Assembly: GCA_030324005.1 (NCBI GenBank)
Contig: JARDVH010000132.1
Span: forward strand, 81,331,437-81,395,436
Origin: Negaprion brevirostris
Lineage: Eukaryota
DNA: 64,000 bases
Reading direction: 5' to 3'
Shown: positions 26,692-41,103 of the stretch, in pieces
How the letters are laid out: every line of letters starts with the position of its first letter
How positions within the stretch are numbered: position 1 is the first letter of the stretch
Made by a program: the position numbers and the translations under genes
The notes under the pieces: model-generated
What the model saw: only the letters and a program-made list of their open reading frames with translations
The model's database searches: none
What the model was told of the DNA's origin: nothing

Positions 26692-26740
26692 CTCCCACTG
26701 CAAGTGAGGGGGTATGTTCCTAATCTGAAGTTTCCGACTC
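26692..26740 (-). CDS. IGF2BP3: IGF2BP3 coding exon 3 (start of RRM2)
   Basis: tctttctttctgcag|GAGTCGGAAA...CAGTGGGAG|gtaagt; 49 bp; encodes (R)SRKLQIRNIPPHLQWE, in frame after exon 2. Intron 2 is about 30.8 kb as assembled. Confidence 0.95.
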
Positions 26741-29700
26741 CTGCAGAAAGAAAGATAATTTGTAAAATAAAAGGTTTTTTTTCCTTTAAGTTAAACATCA
26801 ATGTTTAAATACTTCAAATAGTTTCCCAACACACACCCCCCCCGCCCCATGACATTAATACTGCACATCACTGTTCAAGATGGCACTTTATTCAATGGAT
26901 AAGCCCAAGGTAACCAGCACCACCAGGATCCAAGCCTCTAAACATTTGTCACTGATGTTCCAGTAGCCCAAAACCCATAAAACCCAGTACGTAAACAGCC
27001 AATCTGTAGTCTTAGCTAGAGATCCATACAAGCAAAATAGTCATTAATGAAGATTTTAAAAGTCCAAAAGGAAAAGATGAAGTCGTTCCGAATAGAAATC
27101 AGAAAATCAAGTACGAGTTCAGATGGCTGCGAAACTCAACTGCTTACTCCAAACCAAAACACAAACTATTATTTGCATCAATGGTTCTGCACAACTACAG
27201 AAATCAATTCACACTATTTACTCCTGGACCAAGAACAGTTTGATTAATATAAGTAAGGGAGGGTGGGGAAGCTCAATTACTGATTCTAAAAATGTTCGAA
27301 GAGTCATTACTCTAATAGGAGTATGCACATCATTACTTAAAATTTTGTAGACCATTTCTTTGCATTAGATTTACTTTTTTTTGCGAAGTATTTCTGCCCT
27401 ATCATGCAATTTATTTTTTGAACCAAACTATTTCCAAACCCCCTCTATACTTCTCCAGAATTGCAACTCCCGCCATAAAAATCTGGACTAGTATCAGTGG
27501 CAAATGATATAATCCTATCTGTTGCACACCAATGCACCTTTCATGCTACTTTTGACAACTGAAAGGACATATTTTGTATGTAAAAGGGTTACAATACTAA
27601 TATTGCTATTTAAAAAATGATTCTTACCTAATATAATCCTGCAGAAATTTGTTTTATAAACTATCCTCCATTTCATGATTCATCTGCAACTGATCGGCTC
27701 AATGTGCACACTTTGGTGAAACCAGTTGGGGGCAGGATTGGGAACCTCCACAATGACAGCATGTGAATGCATAAAGCAACACAAAATACATTTTTAGCTA
27801 TCAAATCATTTAGCAATTTTCCCAACTCTAAATACCATGAAAAGCTTATTGAATTTTTGCCTTATTCTGCAACAAGCAGGCTTAAAATTTTAAATTTCTA
27901 ACTGGAATCTGATATGGTGCTTCATTCTAAGAAAGCCTTATTGAAGCCAATTAAACCATTTTCAATACAGTTTAAAAACCAGCCTCAGTCTGGGCTAACA
28001 GTCAATTGAAATTTCTCTTGTGGAAGTTGCAGGGAAAAGAGAGAGAGAGAGTAAAAGGAAAAAGAGAGAGTGTTTCATTGGAAGCAGGAGAGGGGATAAA
28101 ATGGTTTTAGTGATATGCAATATTATCTCATCTTAAAAACATTTAAACAACTCACATACACTAATAGTAGAACTTGAAACTCAATAATGGATGTTAATAT
28201 CTTAAAATATTTCAATTAACCAGCAATAAATTACAACTTCCTGAAAAATTCTAATTTTCCCCAAATAAATTTGGTTAACAGCAAACCCAAATGAATATCA
28301 ACTGTTGAGAAATTATGGTTCCAATTTCAAAAAAAGCACTGAAAGTATTACAAATGTTTAAATGAACCTATTGCACAAACAAAATGTCTTTAAGAGCAAA
28401 AAAATTAAAAATTTCACATTAGGTTGTGGAAGGATCAATATTAGAAACTCATCACAGTCAAGTGTCAAAGCATGTAAAGGTGACAGAGACCTTCGTTATT
28501 TTGAAACAAGAAAAAGGTGACAACAACTCACCATTTAAACATTGCTGTCTTCAAAATGTTTGATACAATTCAGGACAATTAAGCATTTTACTGATAGCCA
28601 TTGTCTAGGTAGGATTTTTCAATAGTTCAATGGTATCATAAAATCAAGTGTCATTAATGAAAAGTTGGTCAGCATTTGAAGGAGAAACTAACTTTTTTTT
28701 AAAAAAAGGGAGATCTTTGCTCAGAACTAGAAAACATTGAAGCATTAGAAATGCCTCTATCCTTAACATTCCAAAAGATGCTACCCAAAATATAAAATTG
28801 CAAAGGGATGGATACATTCTCCACCATGTGCTTTGACGTTTTCCACAATCATGAACCTGACAACAAAAGACATTAAATGGATGGGAAGCTGCTTAGTGAG
28901 TTGAGAATACTGGGAATATAAAAGGCAGCAGAAGAAAACAGATCAGTGAATCATGCACCTTCTCAGTTCAGTGTTTGTCTCTGCTGCATTTGCTGCAGAT
29001 AAAATCATGCCAAAGTTGATAGTCTCAATACAGAGGCACTGGAGTTGGCCAGAAGGGTGCAAACCATCATCTCATGAAAAGGCTGCCAAATAGCAAGGAA
29101 ATGGTGGAAACACAACTGACAAATGCCCCACATGGTATTTCTATCTTTTATCATCTTTATTATAGGAATGGAAAAGGCTACAATCTATCATTTCCCCCAA
29201 TTTGGGAATTTAAATTTATCCAAGCAGTTGAAGAAAACCAAAACATCTAGCTAATTTTGCTGTGCAATTAGTTGAATCTCTCAGATAACAAGATTTGATT
29301 TTCTGAATATCAGCGACACTTCATATTGTTCAGATCAAACATCAAAAGTGAGAAAAGCAACTAAGTTCTGGTAATAATATTCAATTGTTTTCCAACATAT
29401 CTGGGGTTTACCAAAGCTTCCAACATGTCAATCTAAAGTACTAGAGTACATAAACCAAGACATCAATTTCTTACAACTTTTAGAAATTACATTAGTAAAG
29501 GAGGCTTTCTTAAGTCAGCTTTCAACTGGATCACCAGAAAGCTAAAAGCCCACCCGTAATGTTTTGCCTCTTATAAAAGGACAGCTTTACACCATGCATT
29601 TTAAAAACAAACTGCACTAAAAAGTGGATAAACCAAATTCTTTTGTGCAAAGTAGATGTAAACTAAGTTTAAAAAAGGTTGGCACCTAGCATTACAAAGG

Positions 29701-30397
29701 TCAACTTCATTTGCAATAGTCAAAATCAAAAGTGAATCAGTTCCTGAACCTGCAAACTGTAGGACAACCTGATATTGATAGCTTTTCAAGGCTGTGAATA
29801 AACCGTCAACATGAGATCATTTGTTTTTGAAAAGTTCATGCTTGGGTATGGGCATCACTAAAGCAGCCAGCAGTTATTGATGATTACCTGAAGCTTTCGG
29901 TGAGGTAGTAGTGAGCTTTCTTGGGCAACTACAGGCAAGTGCTGAAGGTATTCCCCCATCGTACTCCATGATTTTGGCCCAGGAACAAAGGAGGAATATT
30001 GATAATTGGGTGATGTTGCCCCTGTGCATTGTGCACACTACAGTCACAGTGCAGTGGTGGAGGGATTGAGTATGCAAAGTGATGGTCAAACTGCCCAATC
30101 AAGCAGATTGTGCTGCTTCATCACGGTTGGTACCAAACTGGAATATTGTTGAAGCAGCACTGATCCAGGCAAAGTGAAGAATATTCTATTAAGCCCTTGT
30201 CTCTGGATGGTGGGAAGTCTTTGCAGAGCCAAGAGGTCAATTTCCCCTCTCAGAATACCCAGGCTATGATCTGGTATTGACTTACGCAGCTGATTCAATT
30301 TCTGATTCATGGCATCCTCCAAGATGCTGATAATGGCAATACTACTGCATCAAAGGGAGGTGGTTCAACTCAGAATTGGCACTCAAGCAGCCATCAT

Positions 30398-30700
30398 AGA
30401 ACATAGAACAGTACAGGCCCTTTGGCCCTTGATGTTGTGCCAAGTTATGTCCGAACCCAAGATCAAGCTATCCCACTCCCCATCATTCTGGTGTGTTCCA
30501 TGTGCCTATCCAATAACTACTTTCAAGTTCCAAAAGTGTTCAACCCCACTATCACAGCAGGCAGTGCATTCCATACCCCAACCACCGAGTAAAGACATCT
30601 ACCACAGACATCCCTCCTATATTTCTCACTATGAACCTTAAAGTTACACCTCCTAGTAACAGCTACATACACCCAAGGAAATAGTCTCTGCAAGTCCAGG
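30398..30700 (-). mobile_element. CR1-like LINE 3' end
   Basis: atagaacatagaacagtac tail; reverse-strand TR..NFKV, YRRDV.G, VVGVWNALP. Confidence 0.8.
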
Positions 30701-32927
30701 TCTTGCAACAAGCAGGCTTTTCTGACAGTGAGAAAGTGCACTGCAAATCATTAGCAAACACCCTCACTTATTTTCTTAACCATACAGGATAGATTGTTTT
30801 AGTGTCAGTTATGACTTTTGTAAAATCAATCTGTACAAATGCCTACAATGATACAAAATTTCTTTAAAAATTTGATTATATTAGCATTAGAAGACAACCA
30901 TTCAATGCCAAAATCTTCTTCCACAAGTACAACTTGGGCTACCTCCAGAAAACAGATAAAAACCAACTACAATCACAAACCACAGCACTTGTATGTGGTA
31001 TCACATGTATTGTCTCAGAAACAATGCATACACAATAACAGGTACACAACTTGAAAATACGTTAGCAGATTTTGTCAAGGGTTGACTTGTTTCCAAAAAG
31101 TACCGTCAGTCAAGCACCTGATATCTGCTGTGGGAAAATACAGCACTACGGAACTATTCATCAAGACACTCAGGAAGCTTCCAATTTCCCACATGGTCAG
31201 CCCATCCCTAGATCAACATGTGTTATTATAAATTGTTTAGAAGCTTATTAAAGCCATTAAACCCAAAATGATCCATTATTTCCTATCAGAAGTGTTCAGA
31301 GAATTTATTTTGTTAGGAATACACATCTCCAAGAACTCTTTTTAAAGTCGGATGGACATGGAATTAACTTGGACTTTTTTTTATAAAAAGGTTACAAGTT
31401 CACCTTGGACCGAGAGCAAGTTCCTTCTTTGAAGAAATCACATGACTAACTAAATGACCAGCAATTCCTGACTAATTGCTTACTTGACTTAATTGCTGGT
31501 TTACACAAAAAAAAGCTGTTTTCAGGCTGTAAACCCTTTTTCTGGAAAAACACCTGACCAGACTTCTGTTTAAACAGGTTTTTTGTAGTCGAGTTTTGGG
31601 AACAAACCAGAAATCTCTCTCCCTTTGTTTTGCATGGAGTTCAGCAATGGTGTCCATCTCCAGAAAACCTCTCACCTCAGTGTGGCTCATCTGTATTCAG
31701 AAGCCTGAATAGTCACAATAAAAGAACATTCCCAAGAACAGGGATATCCTGAAAGTCCCTTGGAAAGAACTTTCAGACAGCACCGTGATCAATGAGCCAG
31801 CAGATGCAGGAGCATCAGATTGACCATATCCAAACCCTTCACATTTTATCCTTTTTCATCAATTACTCCACCAGGAAAAGCTCTTCCTCATACCAACTTC
31901 TGCAGAGGCCCCTTTTGTTTGTCCTTTGTTCATGTGTGCACATGCATCTGTGCGCATGCATGTTGGGATTTAAAGAGGTACATAGTTACACTTCTGGATT
32001 ACAGATTGCATGTTCACCAGTTTTTGCAACTTGTTTCAAAAAAAAGTTCACTACATCCTAAAATCATTGAGTTTTTGTTGGAAGAAGCATACTTAATGTC
32101 TTTTACTCTGGGTCACACTGTGGCCAAGGCAAACAATTAGCCATTTTGATGAGTGAATTTAACATTTACCCTAATGGTGCGACCTGTGGATTAGTAAAAA
32201 CTGCACACTTCTCCCATTCCAGCTTTTACGTATACATTTTGTAATTGGCATATAAACTGCTTCCAACTAAAAGTAATCAAGAACTTTTATTATATAACCA
32301 ACACTGAATTAGCAATTCCAGGCAAATAAAGACAAAAATCAAGAAACATGGCAATAGCTTATACACAAAAAAAAATCACACAAGAGCAATCTGCAGCTGA
32401 TATTTTCCATCTCAGAATCAGTTCTTTAACCACATTTACAGAACTAAAAAACCTCTTTAATCCCAACAGTTTAGAACATTTAAAAGTTGAAACACAAGTT
32501 TGGCTAAATTAGAAAATATTGAAGGCAAAAAACAGGATTCAAGACTTGTAAAATATTCTGTCATGCTGAACAGAAAACCTTCAATATACATTGTAAATAA
32601 CAAGAAATGTAAATATAGGTCACATTATTTGAAGAGTTCAAGTCTAGGTGGTATAAAGCATTGCAGCATATAAACAATGATTAAAAATGTTCAAAATACA
32701 AATACGACTATCTCTGACTGTCACATGACTCTGAACACCAAGTCATTTATTTCTCCAACCCACCACCATTTCCTCAGTTTCAGGTTTTTTTTTCTTACAC
32801 TATTCCCAGAAAGATCAAAACAAGTTTGGGCAACAGCACTTTCTTTCCAATTAGAAACCTTGCAATCTTCTGGTGATGGTACTGATTTTTGGACTAAACC
32901 TATTACTTTCTATTCAGAAATTTTGAC

Positions 32928-33240
32928 AATGTACAGGGCACTGATGAGGCCGCAGCTGGAGTACTGCGTGCAGTTTTGGTCGCCGCACTTACGCAAGGAT
33001 ATTTTGGCATTGGAGGGAGTGCAGAGGAGGTTTACTAGGCTGATNNNNNNNNNNNNNNNNNNNNNNNNNNNNNNNNNNNNNNNNNNNNNNNNNNNNNNNN
33101 NNNNNNNNNNNNNNNNNNNNNNNNNNNNNNNNNNNNNNNNNNNNATCAGCCATGATCTTATTGAATGGCGGGGCAGGCTCGAAGGGCTAGATGGCCTACT
33201 CCTGCTCCTACTTCTTATGTTATTTCTTATGTTCTTATGT
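32928..33240 (+). mobile_element. Young CR1 fragment containing a 100-N gap
   Basis: [38 protein letters not shown], then the 3' tail with (ttcttatg)n. Confidence 0.9.
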
Positions 33241-34439
33241 TCAATGTAAATGGGAAAGGGAAAATATGTTTGGTTGGTGCTTTACCTTGAGGATTCAGAG
33301 CACTGCTCTGGTGAGCTGCTCGCCATCCTTGGCATTGATTTATATTCTTCTACCAGGTTCCAGGGCCATTGGAGCTTTCTCTGCCAGTTTACCCGTATCC
33401 ACCTATATACCGAGTGTTCCTTTTAGCTACTAATATGCTGTTCTGTTTCCTACTAAACATGTTACAGCCAAGCGCACGTGTGATTTCTCTTCAATGTTAC
33501 TCATTTGGAATATTCTTCAGCTCTGATGGAGTTATACCTGAAATATTAATTTGACGTTCTCTCCAAAGATGCTATCCACTAAGTGCTTCCAGAGTTTCCT
33601 ACTTCTTTTCATATACTTAGAATATGAAGTACTTTGCCTTTTCTTCTGAGTATACAAAGGAACCCTGTTCTACAGCCATCCTTGTTTTGATTGCATCAAT
33701 TTCAAATACAACATTCAAGTAAGCCAAGAATGCTCAGTGATGTAGCAAATTCTTTGCAACAGTTAACTTACAAAATGCATTATATCTTCAGTTTGCAAAT
33801 TGTTCAAGTTAGAAAAGCTGTAATTGGAAGTTTGGAGCTAACCGATTACCAATATGTATTTCCCATTAACCGAAATTTCTTTTTAAAAGAAATTCAAAAC
33901 GCAAAAATCATAGAAATCTGCTGCACAGGAGGAGACCACTCTGCCCATGGGGCTGTGATGGCTCCCTGAAAGAGCAGTCATGTTTAGCCCCACATCCGGA
34001 CTTTTGGTCCAACACCCTGCAAGGTCCTCGTTGTCAAGCACCTACCAAATTTCCTTTTCAAATTATTTATGGAATCAGCTGCTGCAATCTTTTCAGGTAC
34101 AGCATTTCATAGCATGTGCTATGTCTGTCTTTATAAACCCAGGTAACGCACGCTATCAAGGTCTCCCTACTCATCTAAGCTTTAGAAAGTTGTGTCAATT
34201 ATATTGTATTGTCTTCCCATTGTTACAGCTGAACAAGTCAGATCCCAGAACAAAACCTGGTTTGGCAGATCCCAATTTCTTTCTTTTTAGAAAGAATGGA
34301 GGGCAGTTACTGAACACTGTCACAGGAGTATGCTCATGCACTTTCAAGACAAAATGTTTATTAAAGGAAAACTATATTATTCTAGATAAAAGGTTGGAAA
34401 GACACCAGTAGTCCTTCGCCAAACTATATACTTTTACAG

Positions 34440-35505
34440 ATGCATACGAACAAGCAGCTGGAGGCAGACATTCAGGCACCCCCCCCCCCAACCCCCAAGG
34501 CAATGGCTGATCTGATAAGTTATTTGGAATAGGAGATTACTATTACCCCCTTACTTTCAAAAGGTTCTTGCTTAATAATATTCAAAGATTCAACTTACAC
34601 TTTCCACCCCCATCCCCAAAGTTCCAAAGACTCAACCCTCAAAAAATTTTCATCTGTTGTAAATGGCTGACCCGCTTAATACTGGATTCTCCCACAAGAG
34701 GAAATAACCTTTCCACGTCCATCCTGTCACCCTGACACGACCTTTCAGGAAAGGTTTTGATTAAGTTGCATCTAACTCTACTAAACGCCAGTGGGTACAA
34801 GTCTAGCTGGTTCTTCACTTTCTTCATAAGTGAATACACTCATTCCAGATATTAGTCAGGTAAACCTTCCCTGAACCGCTTCCAATGCATTTACATCCTT
34901 CCTTAAAATAAGGTGACCAATATTTTACACAGTACTCCATGTGGTCTTGCTGGTGCTCTGTACAACTTAAACAATCTTGCTACTTTTATAATTAATTCCC
35001 CTCACAATAGCATTCTATTAGCTTTCCTATTTACTTGCTGAACCTGCATACAAGCCTTTTGCAATTCATACACTAAGACAACCAGGTCCCACTGCATCTT
35101 CGAGCTCTGCAATCTCTCATTTAGATGACACTTTTTATTCTTCTTCCCAAAATGAACAATTTCACATTCTCCCATATTCCACTCGTGTCTTTTTATAGCC
35201 CCATGTCTCATTCACAACATGCTTTCCTACTAATCTTTGTGCCATCAGCAAATTTTGCAACCATCCCATCTATTCTTTCATCAAAGTTAATTATACAAGT
35301 TGTAAACAGCTGAGGTCCCTGTGGCACACCATTTGGTATATCTTGCCAACCTGATAAAGACATTTATGCCTACTCTACTTCCTGTTAGCCAGCCAATCCT
35401 CATGAGCTTTTATCTTCCACAATAGTTGTGTAGCTTTTGATGTGGCACTTTACCAAACGCCTGTGGGAAATCTGAGTTAATACATCCATTAGTTCCCCTT
35501 TATGT
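34440..35505 (-). mobile_element. CR1-like LINE fragment
   Basis: Reverse-strand AKFADGTK, CEIVHFG.KN, QVQQV.RKANRML, LEY.V..WSP, DVERLFPLVGES. Confidence 0.85.
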
Positions 35506-35509
35506 TGTT

Positions 35510-38300
35510 TTTTCAAACCTTCGTTTATTGGTTTTTACAGAAAGGTACATCATAAGATACAGGCAAAGAAAAAGTTCAAACAAACAACAGGTGAAGACAG
35601 AAACAGAAATAAACTGAATTATTCAACTCAGGAAACAACTGCCAAAATGACAACAGATTGCTAGATGGAATTAAATTTTTTAAACTGATCTGCGCAGTGT
35701 ATTTAATCTTTTCAATTTCAAGAAATATCTTCTTGACCCATTGCAAGTGGGGAGCCACTGACTTATGTGCAAACAATGAAGCAAAAGGCCAAGACATCTG
35801 ACTGGTGATGATTTACAGGCATCTCATCAGGGATTATCCCAGAAGTATGAATAATAGGGTTAATCTCAATGGATGTGCCACATATATGAAAATGTTGAAA
35901 ATCAAGGTTGGAGTGTCAAGTTTGTTAAAAAATGAAAGAAAGCAAGAATTGTCTGCAGCCTCTGAGGGATACATGGTAGAATAGAATGTTTTAAATTGAC
36001 TGTTTATATATGCGTGATCTCGGGCAGAAGTACCAGATTCTGAGCAAACTTCCATGGTCAGATCAAAGGCCAATGACTTGAAGTTGTTGGGAAAGTAGTT
36101 TGCTGGCTTTTTCCACCATGCTCACAATACTGTTGTCTTGATTTCAGAATAATTTGCTCAGCTTAGTTTGTGGATAAAAGATTATAAGGAAAGATTCGAT
36201 TTACAGAAAGAATTTCAGAAGTTCAGAAGTTGGAGCAGTAGTGTACGCCAAACTGGTCAATTTGGAGTACAAGGTCAACAAGTTCAGTTAGGCGATTTGA
36301 GTGCTGCGCGTTGACTCTTGCAGTGTATGAAATAATCTGACCACTATATAAATCTTAAATGCTTCCCAAATAATGGATACAGTTACATCAGGGGTCATAT
36401 TGACATCCAAGAACAAATCAAATGAGGAGATAAGATTAATAAATTCTTCAGAGTGAAGAACAGACTAAAATACTGAGGGGGGGTACACTTTCAGGAAACA
36501 TTAATCGATAGGAGGCATGGTCAGATATAACAATGCTGTAATAGTCACTGCAGTCTAGAGGTAAAGGTTTAACTATCCAAAATTAAAAACGTCTATTCTC
36601 GATTAAGAATGATGAACTGGTGAGAAAAAAATAAAACAATAATAATCTGTAACCTTCTAGAAAGGAGTTACCAAAAGCCGTCACAGAACAAAGCACGAGC
36701 CAGTTTTAGAACAGTCAAGAGAATGATTTAAAATGAAATTTAGGTCCCCGTTGAGAATCAGATGACAGTTGTGCAAAAGAGATAAAATTGCTGAATTACC
36801 AAGCATCATCCCAATTAAATGACTACCGGTTGACCAGAATTATTCATTTACTAAATAAACTACCAGATACAATCTGCTGTGTGAAGAGACAAATGGTATA
36901 TTAACGAATCAAAATTGTAGCCCTGTGATTTATAATGAAAGACTTGTCCCACGCATCCCTTCCTGAGTCTAAGAAGTGTTCTAAAAGTGTGCAAATGGGT
37001 TTCAAAAGCAATGTCAGCCTTAAGCTTTTGCATGAGAAAATGCCTTCCTGCATTTCACAGGGCAAATCAGCCTTTTTACATTTCAATTAACAACATTTGT
37101 AGAAACTTTGGACACATCGGATAAAATTTCTTTAGTGTCATCACACAAAAGGAAAATGAACTGACCAAACTGAGACAACCAAGTTGGAACAAATGACAAA
37201 CCAACAGCCTTCATTTAAAAAGAGCAACCACAGAAAGGAGAAAAGAACAAAAATAGAAAAAAAAAGTCCCCAACATCAGTCTCTCTCCCTACCCCCCACC
37301 AAAGGCTGCACCCAGTCCCTCTCTTCTAAAGAGGGATGTGAACATAGGGATAATTCAGAAGAACTTGTGTCCAAAACCCTACCAGAGTGAAATAAAACGC
37401 AAGAGTCATTTCCAGCTACAAATACCAAAGAGCCCAACTATACTTTGTGGCAATTTTAATTGTTATCACAAAAAAATCATAATCAAAGACCTTCAAACTT
37501 CGCAGTCACTATTAATATCGTACTACCATCAAGTGTTCAACATTAGTAATGCACAATGGGCAGCTGTAGAACAGAGAAAAGGTTTCTCAGCTGAAATCCA
37601 ATGGAATGTTGACATACATTGCAGCCCATTAAACTCAGACAGTCAACCAGTAACATGTTTCACATTATAGCCTTTTTCGGGATCAAGGAATATTTTCTGA
37701 ACATTGTTGCGATCAGCGACCTTTAACCTGGCAGGATAGAACAGGCCAAACTTTGCTCTTGGGCCTAGGCTTTGAGACTCCACAAAGGCAGCTCTTTTCT
37801 TGGCTACTGCTGCAGTGAAATCCAAAACAGTAACAATTCAGTTGCCTTTGCAGAGCAGGGTACCCGTCTCAACAGCTGCAGAATTCTTCCTTGAAGTGAT
37901 AGTAATGGAATTCAATAATGAAAGGCCATGGCCTCAGCATAGTTTTCAGCTTGGATTGCAGGCTGTGGCGAGAGCTGTCTAGCAGCAACATCTCAGGCAA
38001 GTCCAGCACATCCTTCAGTAGCTGTGCCACAAATTTAGTAGCGCAGAGGCCCTCAGTTCTCCGCACCCCAAAAATCCTCAAATTGAATTTCCTTGATCTT
38101 GCTTCAAGGTCTTTGGTCTAAGGTGTTAATTTGTTACTGCAGGTCTCAAGCTGCAGCACTCCGTCCAAATACTCATTCGGAGAGTACTCAAGACCAGAAA
38201 GGCACTCCCCATGTGCAACACAAACGGCATTGATCAAGTTGATGGCGGTCAGTAGCTTCTCTCGACATCCATCCCGTCATCGCTTCAGGATGTTATACAT
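35510..38300 (-). mobile_element. Degraded L1-clade LINE (ORF1 plus internally deleted ORF2)
   Basis: ORF1 (Transposase_22-type) motifs RSRKFNLRIFG..EG, FVAQLL, HSLQ...PWPFIIEFHYY..KE, DFTAAVAKKRAAF, FGLFYPARLKV (37640-38110); ORF2 remnants 35550-37050; minus-strand AATAAA and A-tract at ~35510-35530. Confidence 0.8.
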
Positions 38301-38870
38301 CTTAACCAAGTCACTGCTTACTCTTCAAAACTACAGCAGATACAAGTCTAGCCTGTCCAACCTTTCCTCAAAATAACTTGCCATTTCTAATATTGATCTT
38401 TACCAACTTTGTGATTCATGTTTAGGATACCAGATCTCTCTTCATTTAGATAATATGCTTTTATTCTTCATGCCAAAATGGTCAACTTCATATTTTCCCA
38501 CATTATACTCTATTTGCCAGAACCTTGCCCACTCACCTAACAAAATCCTTTTGTAGCCTTCGTGTAGCCTCTTCACAACTTACGTTCTTATCTTTGTCTC
38601 ATCAGCAAATTTGCAGCCGTCAGCCAAATCGTTTATACAAATTGTAAAAGGTTGAGGCCCTAGGATTGATCCCTGTGCCATGTCACTGGTCACATCCCTT
38701 CAACCAGAAAATGAACCATTTATGCCTGTTTCCTGTCAGCTAGCCCATCTTCTATTCATGCCGATGTTAACTGCTACATGATCTTTTATCTTCCACAATA
38801 AAATGTGTTGTGGCACCTCAAATGCCAGCATGTGACTTGGTTAAGCACGATTCCCCTTTTACAAAACCAT
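38300..38870 (-). mobile_element. CR1-like LINE fragment
   Basis: Reverse-strand QGSILGPQ.F, AKFADETK, WQI.YNVGK.EV.HFG. Confidence 0.75.
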
Positions 38871-39393
38871 CTTAGGCCACCCCAGCCCACCCATAATGTT
38901 TTAGAGTGGAGACGTTACCTGGCATTGCCACATTAGATGTGAGGGCAGATAGCCAAAGTTTAGTCAAAAACACAAGTTGAAGGAACGTCTTAAGACGAGA
39001 ACAATCAGAGNNNNNNNNNNACATAGGGCTTTGGATGCTGAGCTCTAAAGGATGCAATTTATATAAGAGTAGAACCCTACCATCATTTAATCAGAATTGA
39101 GCTGGGATTTATTCACAATGTGTATAAAATTGGTCCAAATGTCAGTGAGAGAGACTAGGTTGAAACAACTTGCACCGATACGTTGTTATATAATAATATT
39201 CTGCATTGCCCCCCACCGTTTCCCAGGAGCGTAATCTGACAATAGTAGACATTTAGATAAAGAAAATGGCATCCAGACCAAAAGCTTATTTAGGGTGTTA
39301 GGTTGTTTGAAGCTCCTTAAATAAAACAGAAGGGCAGAAATGGCAAGGCTTGCAGAGGAAATTTTAGAACTTAATGACTGCACTGATGAAGTG

Positions 39394-39493
39394 NNNNNNN
39401 NNNNNNNNNNNNNNNNNNNNNNNNNNNNNNNNNNNNNNNNNNNNNNNNNNNNNNNNNNNNNNNNNNNNNNNNNNNNNNNNNNNNNNNNNNNNN
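39394..39493. other. Assembly gap of 100 N, probably unsized (other gaps: 10703-10712, 12908-13007, 17064-17099, 18409-18508, 33045-33144, 39011-39020, 59595-59619)
   Basis: Runs of N in the sequence. Confidence 0.99.
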
Positions 39494-40611
39494 ACATAAA
39501 TTTAAAAAATTATTGATATTTTTTTAAAGTCTCCAACACTAGTTTCCTACTGAGGGAATGAAATTCTAGGTTGTAAATTTAATTTTTCACAGCAGAGCTT
39601 TAGTAATGAGTTTAAAACCTCACTCTGAATATACCTGCAGTAAATTTCAGTTGCTGCTGTAGGAGTAGTGGCCCTGTACAGGAAATTCTCACAGTTGCTA
39701 ATAGACTCAGATTGAAATAACTGCAGCATGACCAGGCAGCTTCTAGATTTCTATACTTAACTGGGGACATGTGCAGACTCCAGAAGTTGCTGTCAGAGTT
39801 TCTTCATTCTTGGAATGAGCGCTGACTGCTATTTGTCTTATGGTGGATTCCAATAATTAGTGTAGCTCAACTATCATGAACAAAATGAGGAGATTCCTTA
39901 CCTTTTTAACATGAGCCACATCAATAGTTTGAGCTGTTGCAATCACCTATTAAAACCATTCTTCCTGTTTTTGTATTCAGTGCCCCTAGTTACAAAAACA
40001 AGTGTCCCATATGCTTCTAAGTAGAATTGTTCTGCCATCTTCAAAGATTAGTGAATACACACCCCCAGATCCCCCCTTGCACAAAATTGTCCATTTAGAT
40101 TATACTGCGCACTCCCTGACATACACTATTTGCATAACCTTATTTGCTCGGTAGCTGCCTATCTCACCAGTGTATTTTTTTTGAAGTCTGTTACTGGCCT
40201 GCTTATTGCTGAGTGTATAGTCAGGTTTTGTATCATTTGGCAATTGCAGTTAAATAATTACTCATACTGACCTGCCCCATGGTGAGGGGTCATTCCCCTG
40301 CCCCTCTCCCAATCTGCACCATTAACTACTTTAAAGATTAAACAATTATAAACTCTTCAGACATGAAGAATGATTGGGTGATACACTGGGTTAAATGGCA
40401 TCTTTCAGCTCAAAATGTGGTTAAGGTTCAGCCATTAAATCTCATGTTTGCTCATAAGGGACCTGTATTTGGGCAGTCATAACACTGTCCCTGATGGGTG
40501 TAGCATTAACTGCCCCTAACTTAGCATCAAATACTCATTTCCAGAGACCGTGAGGTGGTTAATATGGAAATTGAAAAATATTGAGACTGGGTAGGGAGCT
40601 TAATTCTACTC

Positions 40612-40890
40612 AGTGGCATGGTGGCACAATAGTTAGCATTACTACCTCAGTGCCAGGAACCTGGGTTTAATTCCTGGCTTTGGTCACTGTGTGGAGCTTG
40701 CACATTCTCCCCTTTGGGTGATCAAGATTTCTTCCCACAGTCCAAAGATGTGTTAAATGGATTGGCCATGCTAAATTGACCCTTAGTATCAGGGGGATTA
40801 GCAGGGGTTATGGAGATGGTGCCTGGGTGGGATTGTGGTCAGTGCTGACTCAACGGTCTCCTTCTACACTGTAGGATTCTATGATTCTAC
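40612..40890 (+). mobile_element. HE1-type V-SINE
   Basis: gtggcatggtggcacaatagttagc...ttcttcccacagtccaaagatgtg...ctgtaggattctatgattcta. Confidence 0.85.
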
Positions 40891-41103
40891 TCTTAATTTG
40901 GACAGGATGAGGTTAGTTAATGGTATTTCAAAAACTCCCCCTTAGTTGGAATCAGTTTATAGAATTCTTAATTTGCTGATTTAATATTTAGATAAAGGTT
41001 GGTGATATAATTTGAACTGGTTACTTATTTCAAGTAAGTAACGCTCAGTAATTTTCTGCATTTTGAATTGAGTGGAATCTAACTGATTGTTTTTCCAATT
41101 CAG

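Noticed and set aside
28915-28925. TATAAAAG as a promoter for the nested GPCR
   Set aside because: Isolated motif in AT-rich DNA, next to an old repeat, with no downstream exon recognised.
32677-33249. 190 aa ORF
   Set aside because: Chimeric: random intron sequence plus a CR1 ORF2 fragment plus an N-gap.
33191-33554. Hydrophobic plus-strand ORFs as candidate upstream GPCR exons
   Set aside because: No class A motifs, early stops, and adjacent to Penelope-like and CR1 repeat tails.
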